A stretch of DNA of 64,000 nt from contig CAWAYR010000020.1 in the NCBI GenBank assembly GCA_963786365.1, positions 7,623 to 71,622 on the forward strand, in the 5' to 3' direction. Positions 9,405 to 19,816 of the stretch are shown piece after piece. A program made the position numbers and the translations under genes. How positions within the stretch are numbered: the stretch's first letter is position 1; each line of letters begins with the position of its first letter. Source of the stretch: an uncultured Acidobacteriota bacterium (GTDB lineage Bacteria; Acidobacteriota; Vicinamibacteria; Vicinamibacterales; UBA2999). The notes below the pieces were generated by a model that was not told where the DNA came from, did not search any database, and saw only the letters and a list, made by a program, of their open reading frames with translations.

Positions 9405-10978
9405 TCAGAAGAAGACGGAGAACGCCGTGGCGAAGGTCGTGCCCTTCTGGCCGCCGACGTAGTAGCCGAAGGCGCTGCTGACCGGCGAGCGGTTGACGTC
9501 GATCAACTGCACGTTGAGCCGGACGTAGCGTGAGTCGATCGGATAGAAGTTCATCCCGACCAGGTACTCGGAGCTGTCGTCGAAGCCCGCGTCCTTGTCG
9601 CCGTAGATCTGCGAGGTCGCGCCGTAGACCTCGAGCTTCTTCTTGATCGGGTAGAACGCCGCCTGGAGGTAGAAGCCGGTGTCGTGGATGCTGTCGACCG
9701 GCAGGAGGCCGTCGGCCGTGAAGTTGTCGAGCCAGCGGTTGTAGATCTCGGTCTGCAGGAAGATGCCCTTGTATTTCATGCCGGCATCGAACGCCAGGAT
9801 CTCGGTAGTCCACCGTGTCCACCGTGACGTCGGCGGCCAGCGCGCCGGTCTCGAACACGTTCACGCTGTCGGCCAGCCTGAGCGTGGTGTTTCCCGGACC
9901 ACCCGTGAGGCTGTCGGTGAACCGCTGCTCGGGGCTCCGCGTCCATGAGACGCCGAACCGGGTCGCCACGTCGTCGTGCCATTCCCAGTCGCCGTAGGCG
10001 CCCTTGGGGCCGAACTCGTTCGTCGTCGGCATCCACCACGTCGACGCGCCGGTGGTCCACTTCGCGATCGAGCTGGCTCGACTTGACGTCGAGGATGCTG
10101 CTGGTGTTGCTCAGCATCGCGTTGTACCAGAGGCCGGGCACCACTTCGCCCTGGGCCCAGATGCCGGAGCCGAAGAAGGGCCGGAAGAACTCGTCGGCCA
10201 TCACGCGGTCGTTCCCCAGCCACAGCGGATGGTTGCCCTGCAGCGAGCGGGTCCCCGGGTTGCCGTTGAGGCCGGCGTAGAGGCTGAACCTGCGGTGGAA
10301 CTGATAGCCGACGTTGGTGAAGATGGCGTTCTGGCTGGTGTCGAGCACGGTCCAGAACGTCATCGAGTAGATCAGCTTCCGGGTGCCGAGCCAGCCCTTG
10401 AAGAAGACCATCACCCGGTGCGGGTAGATGTCGTTGCGGCCGTCCACCGGGCGCGTGTTCCCCAGGTGATCGGTGAACTCCTGCTCGCCGGGCGTCTGGT
10501 TGATGTAGCGCACCAGCCCGTAGCCGCTGATCGCCAGCTCGCCCAGACTGCTTCTGCCGACGAGGAAACCGGTACCAGGGTTGAATTCGCCCCACGTTTC
10601 GATCAACGGATCGCTGGCCTCGTCGCCGTTGGGCGCAGCCGTCGCCTGAGCCGCCGCGGCCACGGCGGCGGCTCCGACCAGGAACTCGCCGCCGCAGCCT
10701 TCGGACACCCAGATGCTGACCTGGTCGTAGCCCCAGTTCCGGCCGAGGATGCACTCGCCCGACCCCGTGGAGCGCGTCAGCGCCACGCCCTTGGAAGTGT
10801 CGGCCGGGCACTGTTGGCGTCCGCCGCCTGGTGCCGACTCGCACACCAGCGGCGTCACGGCCGCGCTTGCGCTCGCGGGTGGCTGCGGCGAGGGCATCGG
10901 ATCGGTTGCAGCGGGTTGCGCCGTCGCCTGTGCCGTAATGCACAACGCCATCGACGCGGCTTGCAGAAGGTGCCTCAT
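9405..10978 (-). CDS. Outer-membrane beta-barrel protein with an N-terminal DUF3011-like Cys module (2 frameshifts)
   Basis: Pieces are 9776..11134 (from MRHLLQAASMALCITAQATAQP at 10978, then VTPLVCESAPGGGRQQCPADTSKGVALTRSTGSGECILGRNWGYDQVSIWVSEGCGGEF, an Ala linker, then barrel strands), 9244..10032 and 9405..9779. The end ...GGQKGTTFATAFSVFF* has the typical OMP C-terminal Phe. Confidence 0.75.
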
Positions 10979-11169
10979 AGGTTCGTCATCGCCGTCGATC
11001 CGGTGCGCCGCCGTCGGTGGCTGCGCTGAGCAGACCGCTTTCCGCGCGACCGGGGCTGCAGGAGCGATGCCATCGCACGCTGGGACGGGCAAATGTCCGC
11101 AATCAAAGGCCGCACTGAAGTTCCGCCGGAACATCCTGGAGGTCGCGAGGCGATGGCCGCGTGCACGTC

Positions 11170-11589
11170 CTACGAAGTACCGTGGGCGCCTCCGGCATTC
11201 CGTGGATGTGGCGAATACGAATCAGCCGATGGCGCCGGCCGCATCGGGTCGGCGTTGCGCACGTTCTCGATGTAGTCGAGCCCCATGTGCTTGGACACGA
11301 AATCGAATTCCACCGTGGGACGCCGCGGTGACGCCTCGAGCACTTCCAGCAGCTTCGTGAACGGGTTCGACAGGACCCGTCGGCGCATGGCCTCCTCGCT
11401 GCACCACCGCTCTTCGTAGTGCACACGGAAGTCCTCACCTAGCTCGGTCCAGATCGTGCAGGACAGGCACCCGGGTTCGAGACGCGTGGGGATAATCAGC
11501 ACCCGAAGGGCAGTGGCTATCCGCCGGCCATCTCGCTCGGGCGCGCTCAACCCAATAGCCAAGCGCACCACGAACCATGCGACGAGCAT
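11170..11589 (-). CDS. ABM-domain (antibiotic-biosynthesis-monooxygenase-like) small protein
   Basis: ORF 11170..11712; the likely start is ATG 11589 (MLVAWFVVRL...). The sequence ...RIATALRVLIIPTRLEPGCLSCTIWTELGEDFRVHYEERWCSEEAMRRRVLSNPFTKLLEVLEAS fits the ferredoxin-like ABM pattern (epGCl...E.W.s.ea...H). The N-terminus is uncertain. Confidence 0.6.
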   Translation of the reverse strand: MLVAWFVVRLAIGLSAPERDGRRIATALRVLIIPTRLEPGCLSCTIWTELGEDFRVHYEERWCSEEAMRRRVLSNPFTKLLEVLEASPRRPTVEFDFVSKHMGLDYIENVRNADPMRPAPSADSYSPHPRNAGGAHGTS

Positions 11590-11786
11590 GATGAGTGCCA
11601 GCTGCTGCGCGAGTGGCGACGTCGCCCGGATATGACGCGCAGGCAACGAGTTGGCGTCACGCCGAGCGCGGTGCAGTAGAGCTGGAGTCGCCGCATGCCC
11701 CCGGCAATACAAGAGGTTGCATCGAGTTTCCGGGGGTTGGTAGCGGCGTCGACTCGATATCTGCTACAAGTCCTAGGCACAGCGCC

Positions 11787-13777
11787 ATGAGCGAAAGCGG
11801 CCAACGGTCCACTCGGAAGAGCCCTCGATTCGCGGTCCCGAGCGCTGAGCGCCTGTTTCGAGACTGCCCTCGATCTGGTCTCGAGCGGCGTCGTACGTGG
11901 CCGACGGCGACGGCCGTATCATGCTCGCCAACCAGCAGCTCGAGCGGCAGTTCGGCTATTCCCAAGGCGAACTGGTCGGAAAGCGGGTCGAGGCGCTCGT
12001 CCCCGACGCGCTCCGCCTGGCCGAGCGGCAGCGGGGCGGGAGCGTCCACGCCAGCCCCGACCACATCCGCCAGCCACGTCGAGGACCAACTGTTCGGGCA
12101 GCGCCGGGATGGCTCCCTGTTCCCGGTGGACGTCACGCTGAGCCAGTTGCACACCGACGACGGATGCTTCGTGGTCGCATCGGTCGCGGAGGACTCGTCG
12201 ACGGGCCGCACACAGGAGCAGGCCTACGAGGAGACCGCTCTCCCGTCAGCGCGAGTTCGAGCGGCTGATCGCCGACATGTCGGCGCAGTTCATCAACGTC
12301 CCCGCGGACGCGGTGGACGGCGCCATCCGGAGCGCGCTGACGCAGATCGGCCATACCCTCGACCTCGATCGCGCGACCTTCTTCCGCGTCGCGGCGGATG
12401 GCGCGCTCCTCGATCCGGTGGGCTGGCACGGCGACGCCACGCCGCCGATTCCCGATCCGATACCGGCGACGCTCCTTTTCCCGTGGGCCCTCGAGACGCT
12501 GCGGGCTGGCGACATCGTGTGCTTCTCCAGCCTCGACGAGATTCCCAATCCGACCGATCGGGAAAGCTATCGCAGCCTCGGCATCCGCTCGGCGGTCACG
12601 GTGCCGCTGGCGGTCGCCGGCCGGACGGTCGGCGCCGTGGGATTCAACTCGTTTCGACGGGAGCGCGCCTGGTCGGCGGACGAGTTGCACATGTTCCGCG
12701 TGTTCGCCACGGCCTTCGGCAACGTGCTGGCCCGCCGCGAGGGCGACAAGGCCCTGCGCGCGGCCCTCGACGAGGTGGTGCGGCTGCGCGATCAGCTGCA
12801 GGCGGAGAACGTCTACCTGCGGGCCGAAGTCCGCGACCGGTCAGGCGTCGGCAAGGTCCTCGGGGAGAGCGTGGCGATCCGCCAGGCGCTCGAGCTGGTC
12901 GATCAGGTGTCGGCCACCGATTCGACAGTGCTGCTGGTCGGCGAGACCGGCACCGGCAAGGAGCTGTTCGCATCGCGGATCCACGATCTCAGCAATCGGC
13001 ACACACGGGCCATGGTGCGAGTGAACTGCGCCGCCATTCCGGAAACGCTGGTCGAAAGCGAGCTGTTCGGCCGGGAAAAGGGCGCGTTCACCGGCGCTCT
13101 GGCCCGGCAGATCGGGCGCTTCGAGCTGGCCAACCATTCCACGATTTTCCTGGACGAGATCGGCGACCTGCCGATGCAGGTCCAGGTCAAGCTGCTGCGG
13201 GTGCTGGAGGAACGGTCGATCGAACGGTTGGGCAGCTCGACGTCGATCAGGGTCGACACCCGCGTCATCGTCGCCACCCACCGCAACCTCGAACAGCGGG
13301 TCGCCGACGGGCAGCTTCCGGGAGGACCTCTACTATCGCCTCAACGTCTTCCCGATTCACGTGCCGCCGCTGCGCGAGCGGGTCGACGACATTCCGATCC
13401 TGGTCTGGCAGTTCGTCGAGCAGTTCTCGCGGGCGTTCGGCAAGCCGATCGAGACGATTCCCGCCGACAACCTGGCCGCCCTGAAGCGCTATTCATGGCC
13501 GGGCAACATCCGCGAGCTGCGCAACGTCGTCGAACGGGCGATGATCGTCGCCCAGAGCCCCCGGCTGGTCGTGCCGGTGCCGACCGGCGCGGCGACCCCC
13601 GCCACCCAGCGCAGCGAGGTGCTGGAGGACGTCGAGCGCGAGCACATCCGGCGGATGCTCGAGACCGCCGGCTGGCGCGTCCGCGGGTCGGGTGGCGCGG
13701 CCGAGCGGCTCGGCCTCAAGCCGAGCACGCTCGAAACGCGCATGATCAAGCTCGGCGTCAAGCGGCCGGCACGCTGA
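11787..13777 (+). CDS. Sigma-54-dependent transcriptional activator, PAS-GAF-AAA+-Fis HTH (at least 5 frameshifts)
   Basis: PAS region: ...FETALDLVSSGVV/ADGDGRIMLANQQLERQFGYSQGELVGKRVEALVP and QLFGQRRDGSLFPVDVTLSQL in different frames. ORF 12277..13845 supplies the GAF domain plus GESVAIRQALELVDQVSATDSTVLLVGETGTGKELFA...ESELFGREKGAFTGA. ORF 13361..13777 supplies ...YSWPGNIRELRNVVERA...AAERLGLKPSTLETRMIKLGV*. Confidence 0.9.
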
Positions 13778-14632
13778 CGCCGCGGTACTGCCGGCGGAAC
13801 AGCCCCACGGCAACCAGCATCAGCGGCAGCTCGGCAAGGAAATAGGTGTAGGCGAAGCGCGCGAACTCGACCCGCCCGAGCATCGACACCGCGACGGCCA
13901 TGGCCACGCCGAGGTTGCGGCTGCCGAATCCGACGGCGATCGTGAACCGGTCCCGAGGATCGCGGGTGAGCACGGCCCCGGTGGCCCAGCCCGCCGCCGT
14001 CGAGCACACGACGAACGCGGCGGCGAGCGGCACGGTCGTCGACAGCCCACCGACGAACGCTCCGGGGTCGTCGAGCACGATCAGCGCCAGGACCAGGGCG
14101 ACCCCCACGAACGCCAGCTGCCGCAGCAGGGGCTGGCGCGCGATCGCCCACTCGGGCCACCGCCGCCGCACCCACATCCCCAGGGCGGCCGGTACCACCA
14201 GCAGCGCCGCGAACTGCGCGAGCCAGCGTCGAGACGGGCACGGTCAGGACCAGCGAGTCGGGCAGCATCCCGGCGAACAGCCGACCGAGCATGGGCATGG
14301 TCACCGCCGCGAGCAGGCACGACAACCCGGTGAGGGTAATCGACAGTGCCCCCGAAGCTCGCGCGAGGTAGCTGAAGGTGTTCGCGATGCCGCCGATCGG
14401 ACAGGCGGCAATCAGCAGGACGGCGGCCGCCGCTTCCGGGCGTCGGCCGGAGCAGCCAGATGAGGATCAGGGCGATCGGCGGCAGCAGAAGGAGCGGACC
14501 GACAAGGCCGCCGAGCACCAGGCCCGGGTGGCGGCGCACGCGGGCGAAGTCGCGCCCGGTCAGGTCCAGGCCGAGTGCCGTCATCATCAGGACGGACAGC
14601 ACGATGACGCTCACGTCGATCAGCACCTTCAC
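13758..14632 (-). CDS. Bile acid:sodium symporter (BASS) family transporter (2 frameshifts)
   Basis: Colinear pieces are 14081..14632 (MKVLIDVSVIVLSVLMMTALGLDLTGRDFARVRRHPGLVLGGL...), 13489..14325 (SCLLAAVTMPMLGRLFAGMLPDS...) and 13758..14198 (...TIAVGFGSRNLGVAMAVAVSML...). Confidence 0.85.
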
Positions 14633-14636
14633 GGCG

Positions 14637-17018
14637 TCACCGGCTGAGGGTGAACTGCAGGCCGGCCTGGCGGGAATCGCCCGGCCGTCCGCCGATGGCC
14701 GGCGGCGGTGAACTGAGCGTGCCGGTGATGTAGTCCTCGTTGGTCAGGTTGCGCGCGAAGGCTCCGAAGGCCCACCGGCCGGAGCGCGCCCGCAGGTCCG
14801 CGCTCACGTCCAGCAGGCCGAGCGGGACCTGCCGCTGCACCGCGTCGTTGAAGGGCGTGAAGTACACGGTGCTCTGCCACCGGGCGTCCGCCCGCAACGA
14901 CAGCCGGGCGCTGTGGCCAACGGCCCGGCCCCACTCGAACCACACTCGGCCGGTCCATTCCGGGGCGTTGCTCAATCGATTGCCGGCGACGTCGACGGAC
15001 ACGCCCCCGACGTCGACCGCGGCGTACTGGTCGTACTTCGCCGCGAGCCACGCCACATGGCCGCCGGCCCGGATCGCCGGCGTGAACCGTACCGCGCCTT
15101 CCGCCTCGACGCCGCGAATGACCGCGGTCGCCGCATTGGAGATGTCAATCACGCCGGGGAAGATCGTCGTCTGCACCTGCAGATCGGTGTAGTCGGCATG
15201 AAACGCGGCGAGGTCGAGGCTCGCGCGCCCTTGGGCGGCCGCCATTTTCAGTCCCCCCTCGTAGCTCCAGACGAACTCCGGCGCGTAGCCGCGGCCGGCC
15301 GCCGGCGACGTGAGGTTGAACCCGCCGCTCTTGAAGCCTCGCGTCGCCGAGACATACGCCAGCCGTCCTTCCGCCAGCCGCGCCTCGAGTCCCAGCTTCG
15401 GCGTCCAGGCCGAGTGGGAGATGCTGTCGGCGTAATCGTAGGCCGACCCGGCGACCACGACGGATGGCGTGTCGAGGGTGACCAGCCGGCCGCCGTTGAC
15501 GATCGACTTGTCCTCGTCGGTGTAGCGGAGACCCGCGGTGCCCGAAAGCCGGCTGGTCAGGTTCACCGTGGCCTGACCGAACACCGCCCGCGAGCGCGAA
15601 TCGACGTCGGGATCGAGCTGATTGCTGACGCCGCGGCCACCCAGCCGGACCCGTGTCGGCTGGCGGTCGGCCTCGTCGAAGACGAACAGGCCGCCGATCC
15701 AGGTGAGGCGCGACCCCTGGTGCGCCACGGTCAGCTCCTCGGACCACTGGCGCTGGATGTCGTGCACGTTCGAGACGGTCAGGTCCAGCTCGGTGATGTC
15801 CGCGTCGACGACCAGCTCGTAGTCGAGCGTGCGATAGGCGGTGAGGCTGGTCAGGGTGGTGGCCGGGGCGATCTGCGCGGTGAGACGCATCGAGCCGCCG
15901 TTCTGGACCTTGTCGCTGTTCGCCGGCACCGACGTGTGGACCTCATGCAAGTCGGCGGGATTGTTCACCTGGAACCCCGGCTTCACCGCCACGACCTTCG
16001 GGTAACCGAGAGGGGTCGGATCCTGGCGGGTGGTGTCGGCCGAGAACACGAGCTCGCTCCGCCGGTTCAGTATCACCCGGAGCCGGCCGAGGGCGGCGGT
16101 CACGTCTTCCCCGCCCAGCGGATCCCCCGGATGATCGAGATCGCGGACGAACCCGTCGCGCACGCCGCGCAGGATGGTCGCGCTGCCCATCACCCGGCCG
16201 CGAACGAGCGGGCCGCTCACCCGGGCATTGGTGCGGATCTCGCCGGGGCTGCCGGCCACCAGCCGCACCGAGGCCTCCGGCTCGTCGGTCGGCATCCGCG
16301 ACACGATGTTCACGGCGCCTCCGACAACGTTGCGCCCGTAAAGGGTGCCCTGCGGCCCGCGCAGCACTTCGACCCGTTCGACGTCCAGGAAGTCGGCCAG
16401 GACCCCGGCCGGCCGCGCCAGGTAGACGCCGTCGAGATACACGGCGGAGCTCGGGTCGGAGCCGGCGAAGACGACATTGGTGCCGATGCCGCGGATGGTG
16501 AGCTGCGCGAAGCCGGTGTTCTGCGAGAAGGTGACCGACGGACTGAGGCCGGCCAGCTGCTCGACCGTGTGCACGTCGGCGCGCTCCAGCTCGTCGCCGG
16601 GCAGCACGCTCACGGCCATCGGCACGCTGTGCACGTCGCGCTCGCCGACCTTCGTGGCGGTGACCACGGTGTATTCCTGCAACCTCACTTCCAGGATCAC
16701 CTTCACCGTGGCGGTCTCTTCGGGCGCCACCCGGAGTCTCTGACGTGCCGGCGCGAAACCAGTCGCGATCGCAGTCAGGTCGTAGTCGCCGGGGGGCAGC
16801 TTCTCGATCGTGAACCGTCCGTCGGCCCCGGTCCGGACGCTACGCTCGACGGACCCGCGGACGGTGACCGCCGCACCGGTCAGCGCACCGCCGGTGGCGT
16901 CAGTGACGATACCTGAGAGCGCCGCGGCGGGTTGCGCCGCTGCTGGTTGGGTTATGCAGACAGCAGCCGCAAGAACGAACGCAAGCCGGGGGTCGTTCCA
17001 GGAGTGCCAGGGGGGCAT
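14637..17018 (-). CDS. TonB-dependent receptor with an N-terminal CarboxypepD_reg-like domain
   Basis: Intact 793-aa ORF. It has a leader and GIVTDATGGALTGAAVTV...GRFTIEKLPPGDYDL, a plug (VEVLRGPQGTLYGRNVVGGAVNI), and a long barrel ending ...SRQAGLQFTLSR*. The stop lies 5 nt before the BASS start. Confidence 0.95.
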   Translation of the reverse strand: MPPWHSWNDPRLAFVLAAAVCITQPAAAQPAAALSGIVTDATGGALTGAAVTVRGSVERSVRTGADGRFTIEKLPPGDYDLTAIATGFAPARQRLRVAPEETATVKVILEVRLQEYTVVTATKVGERDVHSVPMAVSVLPGDELERADVHTVEQLAGLSPSVTFSQNTGFAQLTIRGIGTNVVFAGSDPSSAVYLDGVYLARPAGVLADFLDVERVEVLRGPQGTLYGRNVVGGAVNIVSRMPTDEPEASVRLVAGSPGEIRTNARVSGPLVRGRVMGSATILRGVRDGFVRDLDHPGDPLGGEDVTAALGRLRVILNRRSELVFSADTTRQDPTPLGYPKVVAVKPGFQVNNPADLHEVHTSVPANSDKVQNGGSMRLTAQIAPATTLTSLTAYRTLDYELVVDADITELDLTVSNVHDIQRQWSEELTVAHQGSRLTWIGGLFVFDEADRQPTRVRLGGRGVSNQLDPDVDSRSRAVFGQATVNLTSRLSGTAGLRYTDEDKSIVNGGRLVTLDTPSVVVAGSAYDYADSISHSAWTPKLGLEARLAEGRLAYVSATRGFKSGGFNLTSPAAGRGYAPEFVWSYEGGLKMAAAQGRASLDLAAFHADYTDLQVQTTIFPGVIDISNAATAVIRGVEAEGAVRFTPAIRAGGHVAWLAAKYDQYAAVDVGGVSVDVAGNRLSNAPEWTGRVWFEWGRAVGHSARLSLRADARWQSTVYFTPFNDAVQRQVPLGLLDVSADLRARSGRWAFGAFARNLTNEDYITGTLSSPPPAIGGRPGDSRQAGLQFTLSR

Positions 17019-17254
17019 GCAGTCATTCGCCGCAAGAGATCCGCGCTCATGATATCAGCGCGTTGCACGGGATCCGCGGACGCAGTTCGGTTCAGTGCAG
17101 CTCAGCCTTACCGCTGTCATTTATCGGTTCGTCGAATGGAACCAATTCGATCCGGTCCTACGCACCTCATCCACGCGAAGATTTGCCATTGCGCCGGCTG
17201 ATACACATCGACGACCCTTTTTCGTCCGTATTCATCGAACGACCGGGAGGCAGC

Positions 17255-18265
17255 ATGCGCGCACGCGTGATCGTAATCTGGATTCTTCTGCTGCTCGCCA
17301 CGGCTTCGGCGGCCTTTGCCCAGAAGGACACGGTGACCACCGCGACCGGCGAGACGATCATCGGCGAGATCATGAGTGTGCAGAAGGACGTCCTCACGAT
17401 GTCCACGCCGTATTCGGACGCCGATTTCAAGATCAAGTGGGATCAGGTCGTCTCGATCGACAGCGCCCGTCAGTTCCTGATCGAGACCTTCGACGGCAGA
17501 CGGCTGTCCGGCGCGCTGACGACGGCTGCCGGGAACAGGGTCGTCCAGGTCGGAGCAGACACCATCGGGCTGGCCGACGTGTCGGTGCTGCAGCCGTTCG
17601 AGCGATCGTTCTGGTCGAGGTTCTCGACGGCCCTCGACTTCGGCTACAGCATGACGCAGGCGAACGAGGCCAGGCAGCTCACCGTCGGTGGCAACCTTCT
17701 GTATCGGGACGCACACGTGGTGGATACCGTCCTCGGCAACGTCTTCAAGAGCTCGCAGTCGAACGCGCCGGAGACGCAGCGCTGGAACCTCGGGAACGAC
17801 TTCCGGTATCTCCTCGGCGATCGCTGGTACGCGAACACCACCCAGGACTTCCTGAACAGCGACGAGCAGAGCCTCGACCTCCGCACGACGATTGGCTTCG
17901 GCGGCGGGCGGTACTTGCTGCGCTCCCCGTCGCAGTACCTGGCGGTCGGCGCCGGGCTGGCGTGGACCCGAGAGGACTACACCGACCCCGTCATCGAGAC
18001 GAAGGATTCCACCGAGGCCTACTTCGGCACGGAGTTCATGACCGAGAAGCTGAAAATCGCCGACCTGGTCACGCGATTCACCTACTACCCCAGCCTGACC
18101 ATCGACGACCGCTACCGGATCAACTACACGTTCGACCTCGACTTCAACCTGCCCGGCGACTGGTATATCAGGACGAGCCTGTTCGAGAACTACGACAGCC
18201 TGCCGCCAGCCGGCCTGTCGAAGAACGACTGGGGATGGTCGAATGCCTTCGGCTTCAAGTTCTGA
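17255..18265 (+). CDS. DUF481 family outer-membrane protein (YdiY-like)
   Basis: ORF 17063..18265; ATG 17255 is preceded by GGGAGG, with signal MRARVIVIWILLLLATASAAFAQ. The pattern ...DFGYSMTQANEARQLTVGGNLLYRD...WYANTTQDFLNSDEQSLDLRTTIGFGGGRYL... is DUF481-like, and it ends ...NAFGFKF*. Confidence 0.85.
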   Translation: MRARVIVIWILLLLATASAAFAQKDTVTTATGETIIGEIMSVQKDVLTMSTPYSDADFKIKWDQVVSIDSARQFLIETFDGRRLSGALTTAAGNRVVQVGADTIGLADVSVLQPFERSFWSRFSTALDFGYSMTQANEARQLTVGGNLLYRDAHVVDTVLGNVFKSSQSNAPETQRWNLGNDFRYLLGDRWYANTTQDFLNSDEQSLDLRTTIGFGGGRYLLRSPSQYLAVGAGLAWTREDYTDPVIETKDSTEAYFGTEFMTEKLKIADLVTRFTYYPSLTIDDRYRINYTFDLDFNLPGDWYIRTSLFENYDSLPPAGLSKNDWGWSNAFGFKF

Positions 18266-18298
18266 GGGCGGACAGCGACGGCGAATATCAGGCGTCGG

Positions 18299-19024
18299 TC
18301 ATTTGGCGCTGCGCCCGGTCACTGGAGGTTCTTCGACCGTGCCCTCGAGCACTGCCTTGTAGGTGACGCCCGCCAGTGCGGCGCCGACGACCGGCGCCAC
18401 CCAGAACATCCACAGCTGCTGCAGCGCCCAGTCGCCGACGAACAGCGCGGTGGCGGTGCTGCGCGCCGGGTTGACCGACGTGTTGGTGACCGGGATGCTG
18501 ATCAGGTGGATCAGCGTAAGTCCGAGGCCGATGGCGAGACCGGCGAACCCGGCCGGCGCGCGCTTGTGCGTGGTGCCGAGGATGACGAGCAGGAACATGA
18601 ACGTCATCACCACTTCGCACACCAGCCCCGCGGCCAGGGAATACCCGCCCGGTGAGTGCGCGCCGTAGCCATTGGAGGCAAAGCCGCCGGCCAGGCTGAA
18701 GTCCGCCTTACCGCTGGCGATCAGGTACAGCACCCCCGCACCGATGACGCCGCCGATCACTTGTGCGACGGCATACGGCAACAGCAGGGCGGCCGGAAAG
18801 CGACCGCCGGCCCAGAGGCCGACGGAGACGGCGGGGTTGAAGTGACCGCCCGAGATCGGACCGAAGGCGTAGGCCCCGGTCAGCACCGTGAGACCGAACG
18901 CCAGCGAGACCCCGAGCAGCCCGATGCCGACGTCGGGGAACGCGGCAGCGAGAACGGCGCTGCCGCACCCCCCGAGAACGAGCCAGAACGTACCGATCGA
19001 CTCCGCACAGAGCTTCGCGAACAC
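18299..19024 (-). CDS. aqpZ: Aquaporin Z
   Basis: Intact ORF with a GTG start and AAGGAG 6 nt upstream. It is near-colinear with E. coli AqpZ as I recall it. Both NPA boxes are present ([13 protein letters not shown] and [12 protein letters not shown]). Confidence 0.95.
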   Translation of the reverse strand: MFAKLCAESIGTFWLVLGGCGSAVLAAAFPDVGIGLLGVSLAFGLTVLTGAYAFGPISGGHFNPAVSVGLWAGGRFPAALLLPYAVAQVIGGVIGAGVLYLIASGKADFSLAGGFASNGYGAHSPGGYSLAAGLVCEVVMTFMFLLVILGTTHKRAPAGFAGLAIGLGLTLIHLISIPVTNTSVNPARSTATALFVGDWALQQLWMFWVAPVVGAALAGVTYKAVLEGTVEEPPVTGRSAK

Positions 19025-19096
19025 GGCGCGCTCCTTTGCTGCCTGACATCCAGGCAGGTGTGAACCGAACCGCCGGCCGAGAGTTGGCGGCTGCGC

Positions 19097-19648
19097 CTAC
19101 TTGCCGGGATCGATCGACAGCAGCATCGCATCCGTCCAGACGACGTCGACGCGATCGCCGACCTTGACGTTGGCGAGAACTGCCTTGTCCTGCACCTTGG
19201 ACGTGTACTTCCACCCGTTCGGACCGGTGAAGGTGATCGTCGGCGTGTTCATGTCGATGGCGGTGATCGTCGCCGTGACCGTGCGCTGCGTGGCCCGGGT
19301 GCCGCCCGGCAGGGTTTGCTGGGAAGGGGTCGTGCCGCCGGTGCTGGTGTCCACGTCCGGCTCGCCCGGCTTCTTCATCCGGACGACGACGTTTTCGTAG
19401 AATCGGGCGTTGACCTTGTCGCCGACCTTGATCTCCGCGAACCGCTTGATGTCGGGCCCGGCGACGACCTGCACGAACGTGCCGTCCGGCTTCTTGAGCG
19501 TGACCGTCCGGCTTCCGGCTTCGATCGCCTCGACCGTGGCCGTCTCGGTCCTCATCTCCGAATTGACGGTCTTGGTTTGAGCCAGGGCCGAGTGCGCCAT
19601 GGCCACCACTACTGCACCTGCAACGATTCCGACGACAGTCCGGGTCAT
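19097..19648 (-). CDS. Periplasmic protein with two tandem small beta-domains (CusF/OB-like pattern); paralogue of the porin N-module
   Basis: ORF 19097..19807; ATG 19648 is preceded by GGAGGAC, with signal MTRTVVGIVAGAVVVAMAHSALAQ. Two repeats follow: ATVEAIEAGSRTVTLKKPDGTFVQVVAGPDIKRFAEIKVGDKVNARF and TATITAIDMNTPTITFTGPNGWKYTSKVQDKAVLANVKVGDRVDVVW. Intact. Confidence 0.75.
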   Translation of the reverse strand: MTRTVVGIVAGAVVVAMAHSALAQTKTVNSEMRTETATVEAIEAGSRTVTLKKPDGTFVQVVAGPDIKRFAEIKVGDKVNARFYENVVVRMKKPGEPDVDTSTGGTTPSQQTLPGGTRATQRTVTATITAIDMNTPTITFTGPNGWKYTSKVQDKAVLANVKVGDRVDVVWTDAMLLSIDPGK

Positions 19649-19766
19649 ATGTCCTCCAAAGTGCGTCCCGATGACGCGCGCACACGGCGATGAGTCGATC
19701 GAGTCGGGCGGAGCGACCACGCACGCCGGCTTGGCGCGGGGCCGAATCAGTTCACGGCGAGGCAGA

Positions 19767-19796
19767 CCGCGCTCGGTGGTCGACGTCCGAGCGCGG
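19767..19796 (-). terminator. GC-rich hairpin downstream of the sortase-cargo gene
   Basis: A perfect 10-bp stem ccgcgctcgg / ccgagcgcgg flanks a 10-nt loop (tggtcgacgt). It lies about 20 nt after the cargo stop (19817) in a 168-nt intergenic gap. There is no U-tract. Confidence 0.4.
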
Positions 19797-19816
19797 CCCC
19801 GGGTCACACGACAGCG

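Noticed and set aside
17041-17061. An imperfect palindrome cgcgctcatgatatcagcgcg, 23 nt upstream of the TonB-receptor start, considered as a Fur-type box.
   Set aside because: Only the TGATATCA core is symmetric and similarity to the Fur consensus is marginal. It cannot be supported without a PWM scan or a comparison of orthologous upstream regions.
19039-19057. A 7-bp hairpin ctgcctg-acatc-caggcag between the beta-domain gene stop and the aqpZ RBS, considered as a terminator or attenuator.
   Set aside because: The stem is short, there is no U-tract, and it lies directly against the AAGGAG of aqpZ. It could equally be incidental, so it is not listed as a feature.
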